Origin: Octopus vulgaris
Lineage: Eukaryota
Direction of reading: 5' to 3'
Assembly (NCBI GenBank): GCA_951406725.2
Contig: OX597816.1
Location: 119,970,001 to 120,034,000, forward strand
Length of the DNA: 64,000 nucleotides
Numbering within the stretch: position 1 is the first letter of the stretch; every line of letters begins with the position of its first letter. Below, piece by piece: positions 12,801-27,800 of this stretch. The notes below the pieces were generated by a model. It worked only from the letters and a program-made list of their open reading frames with translations. It did no database searches and was not told the origin of the DNA. The position numbers were made by a program, and so were the translations under genes.

Positions 12801-15800
12801 CATGTATATACACTTTTTTTTCCTAGATTTTTAGACTTAAATATTAGAGACAGGCCTCACTGGAGCTGGTGCCATGTGAAAAGCACTCAGTCCAATTTGT
12901 AAAGTGATTGGCATCAGGAAAGACATCCAGCCATATAAACCATGCCAAAACAGACAGTGCAGCTTGGTGCAGTCCTCTGTCATGCCATCCAACCCATGCC
13001 AGCATGGAAAATGGACATTAAATGATAATGGTGCATAATTCATGAGAACAAATTGTTACCCATTTTTTTCTCAATGATGTCGCCATATTCAGGATTGAAT
13101 GACTTGAAATTAGTTATCTATTGTCCATGCTAATTGATGTGCATTTAAGAGACATGGTCACTCTAATGATGTTACATTTTTCTGTAGTGGTGGTGATATA
13201 TTAAATATTTGGTACAACTGATTGACATGAGGAATTAGTCATCAACCTTCAGAATAGAAAGCCAGAATGTAATATTTCCAATATCAAAAATACTACTTAA
13301 ATAGTTTAGTAAGAAGATTAACTTAAATAATCAATATGGATAATACTTGGATATTATCTTTATTGAAATGTGAATAAACACTTTAAAAAAAACTTTAAAG
13401 ATAAATATTTAAGTACTATAATTATTGTAATGAACTGTCATATACATTTTTTAAAAAAAAGAATGAAAATATTTGATAATGATGGAAGTTTAATAGAAAT
13501 GTTTACATTTTGCATTGTCTTCCATACAAGTTGACTTTAAAGTAGATACATTTTTATAGCCTACCCCAGTAAAGTTCAAAGATTACATTTGAATTTGCTT
13601 ATTGTTTTATAGATTTGGGAACTTCCTCAATGCAATTATCATAAATCTGCCAAAATAGTTCATATTCTATACATCACTAGCAGTATCGCCCGGCGTTGCT
13701 CAGGTTTGTAAGGGAAATAACTATATAAGCATTTTTAGAGAGTTATAGCCAAAAATTAGCAAAAAAATGCATTAAAAATGGAAAAAAAATGGTAAAGTTT
13801 TTAAAAAATCGTTGACTCATCGTAGACATTTTTAGAGAGTTACTTCCCTTATATAATAGCGAAAAAATGCATTAAAATGGAAAAAAATGATGGTAAATTA
13901 TTTTTAAAATCGTAGACTCGTAGACGTGCGCTAATACCCAGAAGGGCTCGATATGAATCACGACTATAAGATGCAGTTGGTTAAACTGCACCGCAAAATG
14001 TGGGAGTAGTTAGGAATCTAAATCATAGGAGACAGACACACAACTTCACTTTTATATATAAAGATTACGCTAAAAGCAAAACTGCATATAATATGCAGTT
14101 TTATCTTTGCATCATTGAAAACTTCAAGGAATTTTTTTGCAAATGATCAAATTTGCAGATTTTCTAAAAACAATTAAATGACAGGAAAAGTGAATGGATG
14201 TTGGATTTATTGATTTATTATAAATCCATTGCAGTATTTATCTTCATGTTTTTGTTTCTATGTTTTAAAAGGTTTTTGATTTTTGTCTTTGGATTTTATT
14301 TCTGGTTTTCTTATTTTGAAAATACTATTAGGTTGTAAATGAACTAAACTGTTTTCTTTTTTCTGTTTTAGGTTGATTATGTTGACTACGTCTTAAAATT
14401 CTCAGAATTATTCTACACTGAGTTGATTGAATTAAAATCTACCAATCAGGATGTGTCTACTTTAATTAAATCTCCCTATCTACTGAATTTTGCTGTTAAA
14501 CTTGAAATGCAGAAGGAGTTTACAAATTTTCAATTAACACTCGGAATCCGACATATGGCATTGAAATTATTAACTTTGAATAATCAGAACATTTCTTTAT
14601 TAGTTTCGGAGTTAGGTCGAACTTTTGAAAGATATCGTAAGCAAAACAATGGGAATAGTACTGACATGATAAATTGCGAATCTGCAGAAATTTGGGACAA
14701 TATTCTAAAGTGTGTTCATTCATCATTGCTCTCTGAACAAGAACCAAACAAGTTTTTAACTGATGTTCTAGAATTACACATACATCATGCACGTTTTATC
14801 TATTTTTATGGTAAACACTACCAAAATTCTAAGGCTAATTTTAAGAAAATTCAATCATTTCTTCAACAAAACACAAAGAAAGGTGATAACTTATTAAAAG
14901 GTTTAACTTGTTTATGTGATGCCATCTTGTTATTACAACAACATGAGACAAAGGACTTTGATATCAACTTCTTATTTAACTGCATTGAAAATGTAAACAG
15001 TAAACTTAAAGGTGTAACCACTGAGATCAATTTCAGTTCAAACTTAAGTAATTTAATTAATGATGCCTATGGAATATTTATTGATTGCTTCTCTCAGTGG
15101 GAGCCTTTTAAGACTGGTCAGCTTGAGAAAAATATGTTTCTCACAGTAGTAGAATTACTGGATATGAGTGTTTCTGTACTTCACAAAAAGCCTGATGAGG
15201 CTGAGAATAATAATGCAAACCGGACAGGAAAATATAATGTGTTCATACGTAATACATATGTTGTCTACATGGAGGTTTTGTATAGCCTCATAAAAACAGG
15301 TAAGTTTATGTGACTATTGCTTTTCATAAAGAAATATTCTAAGTTCAAATCTTTGAAGTTAATGAAATATATATATCTCCCTTTCTGACAAATCTGTGGT
15401 TCTGTCCCATTACGAGAGATACTTATTTAGGTTATTATCATGTATTAAGATGTCATCTTTAAACCTTTAAAGCTAACTTTTCTGAAACAGCAAAATAAAG
15501 ACTGGAGTCATAATTTTTTTCTTGTTTTGAAGATGATGCTGAAGAGTGGTTGTATGAAGCAGAAAGGGTTGCCAGAATATACTTTTCTGAAGTAACACAT
15601 TTGTATGATGTTACAAAAAAGATTCTAGAAAAGCATCTTATCTTTATAGGTGAGTATTTAGTTTTTCAGGAAATAATCTTAAATATTTATCATAAAAACT
15701 AATGTTTCTCTTAAATATTTGTTGAAATGGAAATATCCATGTTTGTTGATAGCTAGTGGAAGCTGCTTATATATTCCAATAAATCATACACTTTGAGCCA

Positions 15801-18800
15801 AGTATAACAGTGGCAGATCTTGAATTATCTAATGCCTGCAAGAATGAATAGACATTTACACAATATATACCAACATGGACAGATGGGAATGCTATTTCAA
15901 TCAGGTTCTATTGCTATTAACTACACAACAATAATTTTAAAAAAAATTTTGTTTGGAACATTTGCTTGCAAAGCAGCAGCAGTAGCGTCACTATTCCACA
16001 TATATGAAAACAATAGAAAATTGTAGATCACACTTCTGTTTTGTAGATGGTCTGCAACAGATCAGAGCTGAAGTATTTTCTGATTGTGAAGACAAAGCAG
16101 TGTTTAGATTGCAGTTCTAACAATAAACAGTGTTGTAAATGTATGGTGACCCTTAGTGATCATCAGAGCTTATGACTTTACATCTGTAGCAGGGTTGGGA
16201 GTTAGCTGTTTTGTTCATGTGTACAAAGTTCATGTGAAATACATGATTGTAGTGATTTGGTCTTGATATTGCTGAAGGTAACTTAGTTGTAATGCATCTG
16301 CTGAAGGTTGTTAATGAAGTTATAATCATTGTCTTCATCATCTTCGTTTAATGTCTGTTTTCCATGAGTTGGATGGTTCGACAGGAGCTATCCAGACTCC
16401 AATTGTTTGTTGTGGCATGGTTTCTACAGTTGGCGCCCTTCCTAATGCCAACCACTTTATAGAGTGTGCTGGGTGCTTTTTATGTGCCAGCAAGTGCATT
16501 TATGCAGCATCAGTATGAGTGCATTTTATGTGGCAATGGCACCTGTAAAAGACAAGCCTGTATGTATGGATGACTTAGCTTGATGCTTTTTCTCAAGTAC
16601 AGCAAATCGCCTCAACTCTCAAACCCTTGTCATTTCCTCAGTGAGGCCCAGTATCCAAAGATCCTTTCTCATTACTTCATCCCACATCTTTTTGGGTTTA
16701 TCTTTTCCACAGGTTCCCTCAACAATTAGAGCTTGGCACTTTTTTACACAGCTGTCCTCATCCATATGCATCCTCTGGAAATTTGGTGCAAGGTATCTAG
16801 GTTGTGTGGATGTCTGTGTGTATGTTTGGAAGGTTAAGAACTGAAGCACGGTATTGTTTAATTAAAAATGTGTGTGTGTGTAAGAGTAAAATTTTTTTTA
16901 ATGTACAGAAGGAACAAAATGTAAGATATAACTGAGTTTTGTGGTACACTAAAATTGATAGCTTATGGGTTGGAGAGACTCATGTTGTGCCAGAGCAGTC
17001 TGACAAAAAACTTCTGATCCAAGAAATGAAATTTAAATGGAACCTATATAGATAAAACAATTTTGTTATTGTTGATTCTTTTCATCTAGGACAATGGTTG
17101 AGAAATTTTGGCCGTTTTTGTTACATTAATGGTTATAACAAGCCTGGAATAGGCTTCTATGAGCTATCAATTGACCTGCTGAGTATTCAGGAGACTTATG
17201 GAGAGAATGTTGAGCAGGTAAGTCACTGAGTTGTAATCATTTTAACATACACTTTTTCCATGTTTGCATTGGTCAGATGGGATTTGTTGAGGTTGATTTC
17301 CTTCCTGATGTCCTCTCTGTCACCAAGCTTCCACTTGCTTCCAAGCAAGGTAATATTTCCTGTGTGGTTAGGGAGCTTGCTTCCTAGCTACATGGTTTTG
17401 GGTTCAGTCCCACTGCGTGGCACTTTGGGTAGGTGTCTTCTACTATAGCCCTGAGCCGACCGGAGCTTTGTGATTGAATTCGGTAGGTGGAAGTTACTGC
17501 CGTGTGTGTATGTGTGCGTATAGCTGCTCAGTGCCTCTCCGAAAGAGAGAGAGAGGTGATATTTGTATACACTAATGTAATGTCAAGACAAAGAAACAAA
17601 GACACACATGTGCATGTGCACATGCACACACATCAGGTTCCTTTCAGTCTCTGTCTATCAGATTCTCTCACAAGGCTTCAGTTGGCCTTGTGCTATATTA
17701 GAAGACACTTGTCCTAGTGTCACATTGTTGGGAAGCAAACTTCTTAATCACACAGCCATGCCTGCATCTATTTATTTCATTTACAACTATTTACTTAGTC
17801 ATTTTCCTCAAATATTTGCAAAGAACCTGTCATTTAAGTTCACATCGCATAGCAGAAGGATGGAAATATATTTTCATTGCTAGTATCATGGTAAAATAAT
17901 TTACTGATTTAAACCTGGCTTCATTAAAATTTGCTGAAAAGAAAATGCAGAGGCTTTTACTGTTCCCTCCCTGCTTTACTGTTTTTGCTTAGTTTGCAAA
18001 GCAGCAGATTTTAAATAAGATTATAGATCTTTAATTGATGTAGAAGCTAGTATTTATAACATTGTGTAATTCAACAGCTGCAATATTATTAAAAAATATC
18101 TGAGTGCAGGAATTAAGCTTAAAATTCATTAATCTGATCTTAGAATTTCAGGTAATCTTTGAATACCATAAATTTATTCTACTTAACTAAAGAAATATCA
18201 ATGTAATACATTTTTAATGTTTACACTTTTGTTAGGTATGTTGTTTAATTTTTATAAATTATTTTCCATGGGAAAATTTATATGCTTAATCATACCCCCA
18301 AGAATATATTACATGTAATCTTTACTTTTTTCAGAGCTATATAAAGACCTATGAATATCTTGCTGAATTCTACAAAAGATGTGGAAACTGGGAAAAAGCA
18401 TTAAAAACTGTCATAAGTTGTTTATGTATCAACACAGATGCAGCGATGGTTGCAGCTTTGAAAATGTGGATACGCATAAAAAAAGAACATAATAAAGACT
18501 CAGACCTAACTAATAAGTATGTAATTTTGGTTATTAGGTTCATTATCATTATTATTTTTATGTCCATTTTCCATGTTGGCATGGGTTGGATTGATCTTAT
18601 GCACAGTGCCTCATCACTTGATGCAGTACGTTTCATGTCCTTCATTAGGTTCAGCTGTCACTACTTTTTCCATGTCTTCCTTGATATTCTTCTGCAGGTT
18701 CCTTTCACTTAAATTACTTGGTACTTCTTTACCCAGCTGTCATCACATGTCCATAGCAGTGCAGTCTTCCTTGCATATTTCATATGATTGTGCCGGTGGT

Positions 18801-21800
18801 ACATAAAAAAGCACTATCCGAATGTGATCGATGCCAAGCCCACCTGACTGGCTCCCATGCCGGTAGCACGTAAAAAGTACCCCCTGACTGGCTCCTGTGC
18901 CAGTGGCACGTAAAATGCACTATCTAAGTGTGATCAATGCCAGGCCCGCCTGACTGGTTCCTGTGCCATTGGCACATAAAAATCACCCACTACACTCTCG
19001 GAGTGGTTGGCATTAGGAAGGCCATCCAGCTGTAGAAACATTGCCAGATCAGATTGGAGCCTGGTGCAGCTGTTGGTCTTTCAGACCTCTTTCAAACTGT
19101 CCAACCCATGCCAGCATGGAAAATGGACGTTAAATGGGGATGATGACCTCTTATGCTCAATTTTTATCTCAGCTTATGCTTTGTCATTCATGTATACTAA
19201 CATTACACATTCAGTCGAGCATGCTTACTCCATTTTTTTCTAGCCTTTGCATGTCTTCTCCATTCAGTGCCCACATTTTGCTATCATGCACCATTACACC
19301 ATGTACATTTGTGTCATACAATCTATCCTCATCCAGAGAAAGTCCTTTTTACCATCAGAAGTAATAACTTTCTAAGTGTTTTCCAAACTGTTCTTATCCT
19401 GCCTATTATACTTTTAGAGCACCCACCTTCACTACTTATTAAGTCATATTATTAAGAGGACCTTTCAGTTACTTCTATTGAGCCTACTGAGCATTTGAAA
19501 GAATTAATTTCACAAGTGCTCTTAATGTTTACTTATGTTCATCTGTCACATCAAAGTTTTCTTTGTCAGCCTGTCTATGATCCCACTAGACTCTTTGTTC
19601 ACCTTCAGTTTACATTGTGTATAAAACTACAGCTGTCACCCATTAATTAGTCTGACATTGTTGAATGTACTATGCTTTTGCTAATTGTCTTAGGTATTGA
19701 TGTAGGTGTGAACAGACATCCTGTCATTCCACTCTGTCTTTGATCCAGCAGTACATTCAAAATATGGCAGCTAGTGGGAGAGCGGTGTACCAGCATTCAG
19801 TCTGTACTCATTTCAGATACTTTGCTCAAGGACACAACATACTGCTCAATCCAGGAGTTGAACCCATGACCTTATGGTTATAAGTCCACTCCCCTAATCA
19901 CTAAGTCATGCCCTTTCACACATTGGCTACGCTGTATTGAATTCCTATCAACTCTTTTTCTGCATATCAAGCATAGTCACTTCCCATATAGCAGGAGAAT
20001 CTAGTCTTTCTTGCTAAGTAAAGCATTTGTGTTTTGCTTGGGTTACATTGATGTCTCTTGGTTCTAGGCTTTACTTCCATGTTTAGCATTTCCTCCTTGC
20101 ATTGTCACTTTATTTAAGGTGCATATGTGTAGGTTTCCATACTTACAACAGGAACTGAATGGTACAACTGGAAGTAGAGACAACCATTGTAATAACACAT
20201 GCAACCACAATATATTCTGAACTGTAATTAAACAGTTGAGTTGAATAAATTCTTGCATGGTGCCTTACTCTTATTTTCACAATATGATCATTCCTGGATG
20301 ATTATATTGTGCACAAGTGGAGCATGACCAAATGTAAATGGATTTCTGAAGGTCATTAGGTGGAGACACTTAACAGTTAACAACTCAAAAACTGTGGATT
20401 TGATTAATGTCCTTGGATACTGTGTGGGGAAGTGTATCATTATGCCATACTATAAGAACTTCCACCTCTAGAAAATTTGTGATCCTTAAGAAGGGCACTT
20501 AGAATGTTTGCATATTGTGCCAAGTGGATCAATGGGTTCTCTGATAAAATTCAACCGAGAAGCACTGAGATTATTGTTGTGTACAGCAACAAATACTATA
20601 CCCCATGGATGTAACTTTGCATTCCAATACTGCTCTTCCCATGAAAATTTACTGTCTTCCTGGTTAATTACTCCTTGACCAGTACTCCTCAGAAGTTCAT
20701 GAAGTGCAAATGTACTTTTTTTTAACTTATATGTTGGATCCTGTTTCAGTTCTCAGTATAGATGCTAATTTTAATTGAAGCTCTATTTCTTTTAGAACTT
20801 TGAAGACATACGTTGAAGAAAATGTTGGAGCATCAGACAAAGCTAAAATAAATTTGAATCAACTTCTAGAAAAAGAATGGCAGATGTATCAATCTTCCAG
20901 GTTTGGAAAATTTTGTTGTTTATTAATATAAAATTATTCACTTTTTGTATTTTATATTTATCTATTCCATATTGGTACAGATAGATAGTTATGCAAATTT
21001 GAAATTCTCTGGTCACAACTTACTCATTGCTTACTTTGCTAGCAATTACTCATGTCTTAAATTTTTGTTTTTTCTCTGAAAAGAAATTTAAATATTCTTG
21101 AAACATTTTGGTCATATTCAATTTACAAAGTTTTCAAATGAAGTTGAAGATGCAAAATCTAGAAGAGCCCTTCATTTTAATGATGGTTTAGTGGGAAATG
21201 TATTGGATATCTGTGTAAGTTCAAATTCACTGCAGGCATTTCATTGTGTTTTCTTAGCTGTTGGGGAATGATGCCAGATCATTTGGGAATGTTAATAGGC
21301 TTGTGTTCTAGTCAGTTAATATTTATCTCTTATATTTCAAGACAAGCAATCAGAGTTAAGCACTGACTCTTGACAGTCTCTCAGAGTTGAGGAGGTATTT
21401 ACATAATCATGCTGATATGGGTTGGATAATTTGATGGAACCAGAAAGCTGCATAGCTCCAGTGTCATCATCAGCATGGTTTCTATGGCTGGATGCCCTTC
21501 TTAATGCCAACCACTTCAAAGAGTGTACTTGGTGCTTTTTTCATACCACTAGCACCAGCAAGGTTGCCCTATAGCTTACAAGATAAAAAAGAGCAGGGGA
21601 AAAAGCTCTTGCTACTAAGAAGTATCTGGGAAGGTGGAGGTGGGTGGCTTTATACTGAGTGCTGGAAGACTAAAGCATGATAGAAGGACAAGCACAGGTG
21701 TCTTGCGATAGAGGAGCTACATAGCTGAAGAAGATAAAAGGAAGGTAGTGATGGGGGTGCTAGAGCAAACTCTCGAGAAACAAGAAGGTGAGCATCAGAG

Positions 21801-24800
21801 AGGACATGGCCACTGGGTCATGGGAGGTGATGGGAGTGGCTGCTTTCTTTTTCACACATTTATGAAAATTATTTATGATGGGCTAATTTTCTGCTTTAAT
21901 TTTACTAAACATTACTTGTTAAAAGAAAAATAGTTGTTGTTTTGTGTAGCACCAGTCAATTCTGATGGAGCAGACTTATTGCATGTAGATAGTCTGCAGA
22001 TATAAAGCCTTGCATATGCTATTCCTTCATCTAGTTGAGAACTGTACTGAATATCATTACATGCAATGGTTAATAGTATGTAAGATGTTTGTGTTAATGG
22101 TTTATATACTGTTTATATAACATTCAGAAAGTGGAGTGTTATGAATTGGCAGTAATAAGAGGGTCAGTTAAAATGCTTTGTGGTATTTGTTCTAATTATC
22201 TGTTCTCTGAGTTAAATTTCTGCTGAGGCTAACTTTGTTTTCAATTCCATCCTGTAACTGGAGGAAGAAAGATAAAATTGCCATCCTTAAAGGGATATAA
22301 CCAAACGTTAGAAAGTATTTTCTCAATCGCTCTACTGATACTACCATCTATTTTCCAAAGCTATAGGTTTCAGAAATCATTAATCTGTAGTCTGAATTAC
22401 AAATTGTTTTTAATATTTTTCTGTTTCTGTATTTTAGTATTTTCAGGAAAAGCCAGAGAGATCTTGCCATTTCTATGTTAACTGAACTTTCAAAATCTGC
22501 TGCTACAACATATCAGCAATGCTTTTATCTCTATGAACTTGCCCAACTTTTGTGGCTGAATACTCAAAAAGATGGAAAGTAAGACTTCTTTAGGTTTCTA
22601 CTCATTATTTTTGTAATATATGTACTTCTGGGTGGTGTGGTTAAAAAATTTACTTTAACACCACATGCTTTAGGGTTCACTCCCATTGCACAGACCCTAT
22701 CAACTTGTGTCTTCTACTATAACTGCAAGTTGACCAGTGCCTTATAAATGACAGAAACTGGAAGAAGCTTGTTGTATATATATAAATACATATCATCATC
22801 AATATTTAACATTGAAGACAAATAAAATACACACAGACACACACACACACACATCCATTCATCTATCTATCTATCTCGATATATATATATATATAGGTTT
22901 GATTATTTATGTTAGTTGGCTGTGTATATAATTTTTCTTTTGTTGTTTGTAAAGGTAAACATTGGAGTAGTTGAGTTTTATTGATAAATAAGATATTTCA
23001 GTTTTGTTTGAGTTTTTAAAATGTTATTTATACTCAATTTCTTTTATTGTAAAAGATTTAAGTAAGGATATTGTGAGAGGATTACAACTGGATACTCTTT
23101 TTATTCTTGCTGCTGCTATTAATGGGCTTCTTTTAGTTTCCATCTATCAAATCCACTCAAAAAGCTTTAGTTGGCCTGCAGCTACAGTACAGGACACTTG
23201 CCTAAGGTACCACACAGTAGGACTGAACCTAGAATCATGTGGTTGAATTTAAACTTCTCAAGCACATGACTATTACATGCTATAATGAAATCATCTATCT
23301 AAATAAAACCGATTAGAGAAATTAAACTTTTAAATGTTAACGGTCCTTAAAAGTGTCCACTTGCTTGGTTAATAGAAATGTAGAATAAAATTGATCACAT
23401 CATATGTTAGGTGATGTAATATGTAATTAACCTTTCTTTCTTTTTGTTAAAGTAATGGGCAGCAAATCAATAGAGTTGTTAGCATGTACATTAGAGTGCC
23501 TTTCAGTGTTCTTTTTGACACTGGGTGCTCTGAATTCAACTTTGCCTTTCATCCTTTTGGGTTGATAAATAATGTGGATTTGTAAAACTTCAAGAATTTT
23601 GGACTTGATGCCTTGTGATATTTGTTCTGATTTGAAATTTTGGGTGGTAGACTTGATCCTTCACCCAGTTTAACATCACATCCTCACACCTCAGGATCCT
23701 TCCTTCCACTTCTAAGCTAGTTCAGCAACTCTGAAGGGCCATGAGCACTACCTTCCCTCCCAATTAAAAAAATGCCTGATTTGAGTTTACAGAGACTTGA
23801 AATCCCAAATAGTCTAATTGCTAATCACGTACTCTCATAAATTTAGCTTTAACCCTTTTGATACCAACTTGTCTGAGACTGCACTTGGTTCTTTGATACA
23901 AACTCTCTGTTTTAAAGTGATTGAAGTTAAAACTTTCTCTCAAAGTTTCATGTTAATTGCTGTTCTAAGCACCAGCTTAATAATGACTGAATCAATTATT
24001 AAATTCTTCATTATTTTCAAAATTAATTGGAACAAAAGAAATATAGTAATGAAAGGGTTAATTCAAAGCAAAGAGGAATTAATAGTAGGACTATTAACTC
24101 CTCTTAACATCCTATAGAAAATTTTGTAAGTAAAAAGTTGACCCAATCCCATTATGATTCTATTACAGAACAGAAATGAATGTTAGAAGAAGAGGTTATA
24201 GTCTTTTAGATTAATGAGTTCCTCATTACTTTCAAAATCATATGATTCTTGTGATATTGTGCATTTCAGGACTGGCTGACTGATGTAGTCTTATGTGGAA
24301 TTGTATTGTTTGAGAAATTAAGTGTTAGTGTTGTCATGTACAAAATGGATTGTGTTACAGATTAGATTATAAACTATGTATATGATGTTGTTATAAGACA
24401 GAGAAATGTATTGTTTTGTTTGTCCCCTGATAGAAACAAAAGTTAAGTTGGTGTGAAATATGAAAGTTTTGTGCCCTTTAAAACTCATAAACATACACAA
24501 GTGGTTCATGCATTTTGTACACATTCTGTGATCAATGTGATCAAGAGTCATAAATTGAAATTTGATACCCATACCCACTATAGCTATGTTTTTTTACCTT
24601 TACTCAGATGCGGTAAAGATTACCTTCTTGAAGCTATTGAATTGATGACGCCACTGTTTCCATCTGCTTCCTCAAAGGAGAAAATTCTGTTTGGTCAAGC
24701 TAATCTTTTACTTTATATATTTGAACATGAAGACTTCTGCCAAAAGGTTATTGTCACATTCAATTTTTTATTCAGTTAACAAAAAAAAAAAAAAAAAAAT

Positions 24801-27800
24801 TTCTTTTTTATCTTTTTAGATATTAAATGTCAGTTATTTTAATTTTATATTTTGTAATCAAAGAATAATTACTCAAATACTGAACATACATAAGGAGTTA
24901 CAATTCTTCTTTTTCTTTTAATTTAGAATTATTTTATGAATGAGTTACACTCTTATATGAAATGTTTAACCTAAACTCTTTGTGTAGAAATTATTATCCG
25001 TTTTGGTGGCACGTAAAAAGCACCATCCAAATGTGGCCGATACCAGCACCACCTTGACTGGCTTCTGTGCCGGTGGCATGTAAAAAACACCAACCGATCG
25101 TGGCCATTGCCAGCCTGCCCTGGCACTTATGCCAGTGGCATGTAAAAAGCACCTGCTACACTCACAGAGTGGTTGGTGTTAGGAAGGGCATCCAGCTGTA
25201 GAAACACTGCAAGATCATACTGGAGTCTGGTGCAGCCTTCTGGCTTCCCAGACCATGGTTGAACCCTCCAACCCATACTAGCATGGAAAACGGATGTTAA
25301 ATGATGATGATTAATAGGGCATTGGATGATTGACAGAATTGTTAGAGCAGTGGACAATATGCCTTACAGTATTTATTCCAGTTTTTATGATCTGAGTTCA
25401 AATCTCACCAAAGTTGACTTTGCATGTATGTGTTATGTTCTAGGATCAGTTTAATCATCTATCACCCTCGCATTTAATTTCTGGCCTTGTGCCTATGTTA
25501 GAAATAATTGTTATAATTATTACAAGTAGATTGGTAGAATCATTAAAGTGTCAATAAACACCCTACCCCCAAAACTGCTAGTTTTGTGCCTTTACTGGAA
25601 ATTACTATTATAACAAGATAAGGTTGGTGGATGGCAGAAATAGTAGAGATGGACAAAATGCATTGTAGTATCTAGATACCACACTTTATGTTCTGAGTTC
25701 AAATCTTGCTTAGATCCACTTTGCCTTTTATATTCCAGTGTCAATAAAATAACTACTAGCTGAGCGAACAAAGGATCATCTGTTTATTTTCTCAATATGT
25801 TAGATATAGTAACTAACTTTCCTTTTAAGTCACACCCTACCATCGTAAATAGGGACATGACGTATTGGGTCTCTTAGAACAAATGGGATTATCATGATTG
25901 CTAATTCTTTGCTTATAGGATTGATCTGGGGCTAAATAATAACTAATAACTATCAGTCAAGTACTAGAGAGAGTATAATTAATTATACCCTGTACTTGTT
26001 TTCTTAAATTGTATGTTGAATTGGAAAATATTTTCACTGTTGTGTCTTATTAAAAGATTGGTCATCATTGTCTTAATTTTACATCTGTTTTTCCAAGCTG
26101 GCATCTGTGGGATGGGTTCGTTCTACTCAGCACCATTTTACTTGTAAAGACCCCTCATCATCTCTTTTGTGAGGCCTAGTATTCGTAGATCAAACCTTGT
26201 CACTAAGTTGATGAGGTTTGATTACATCTTGTATATGCTCTTTCCACTTTCATCATTTATGTTAGTTGGCTGTGTATATAATTTTTCTTTTGTTGTTTGT
26301 AAAGATAAACATTAGATTAGTTGAGTTTTATTGATAAATAAGATATTTCAGTTTTGTTTGAGTTTTTAAAACGTTATTTATACTCAATTTCTTTTATTGT
26401 AAAAGATTTAAGTAAGGATATTGTGAGAGGGTTACAACTGGATACTCTTCTTTCCTTTACTGCTGTTATTAAATGCTTGTAATTATGAATTTAAAATTTT
26501 CTTTATTTCTATTCTTCAAAGAGTTCATATGAACCTGAATTAGTGTTTTTTTTAACTTTCAGTGTGCTAAAGGTTTCAAATCTGATGATGAAAATATTGA
26601 CTTGGACAAGGTTTCGGAAGAGAATCAATTTCAGCTTAGTCTAAAGAGGGAATTTGATCTAATGGAGAAACTGGAATTATTTTTGGAAATATTCGAGAAA
26701 TTATTTGATGATAAGAAGACATTTGATGACATGCCAGCTATACAAATTACACAAATTCTGCAAACTCTTCTTCTTGCCAATTCTATCTACACCTTGACTC
26801 TCAAGGTAAGATCTACATACATATGTATGCAAAGGTAACACACTTGGTCGTGTTAACAAAGGGGTGTGGGTTCAACTCTTATGCGGATAGGAAAGCTTTC
26901 TTTTTTCTGTCGAGGGCTTATATGCCCCTTTATTAGACTATTTTCCTTAGTCATTGCATGGTGATTGCCATAAGCTTTAAGCTTATATAAAAGTACCATT
27001 ATTATTACTTACAGGATTGTAAATCATAGCGCCATAATAAAAAACCATTTGCACTGAAAGCATGTATATATATATATATATATATATACTCACACACACA
27101 CATGCACACACACTCACGCACATGGTGTGTGTGTGTGTGTGTGTGTGTATTTTAGTCAGTCAAATTCCAACAAAGTTTGATTTTCATATTTTTGTATTTT
27201 TTACAATTTTACAATATTACATATTACAATAATATGAGTACTTTCATGCTTTTTGTAATCTTCAGGTTTATACAGTAACAGTTTTTAAAAGACAGTTGTG
27301 CTTCATGACAACTTATCAGTTGTGAAGCACAACTGTCTGTTAAAACTGTCATTGCATAAGTAAGAAAGTACTTGTATTATTGTAAAATTGTAAAAAACAC
27401 AAAAATGAAATGTAAAAATCAGATATGTTGGAATTTGATTGACTACTATATTTATCTATACACACCATCATCATCATCATCATTTAATATCAGTCTTCCA
27501 TGCTAGCATTGGTTGGGCAGTTTGGTAGATAGGAAGCTGCGGAGCTGTACCAGGCTCTGATTGTTTTGGCATGGTTTCTATGTCTGGATGTTCTTCCTAA
27601 TGCCACTTTGTTGTGTGTGTGCTGGGTGCTTTTTACATGACACCAGCATAGGTACTTTTTATGTGGCACCAGCACCAGTGGGGTCGCCAAGCAGCTTTTA
27701 AAACGTGTTTGTCATCTCATTTTACACCTGTTCTTCTATAATTCTTGAATTCACATACCCAATTCTGTGTTATTGATGATATTGTTTTGTAACTGGATAC

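Noticed and set aside
18790-19000. Regularly repeated roughly 35-70-bp units resembling a CRISPR array (also 25005-25150)
   Set aside because: Degenerate internal tandem repeats of a retroposon in a eukaryotic intron; no unique spacers and no cas genes.
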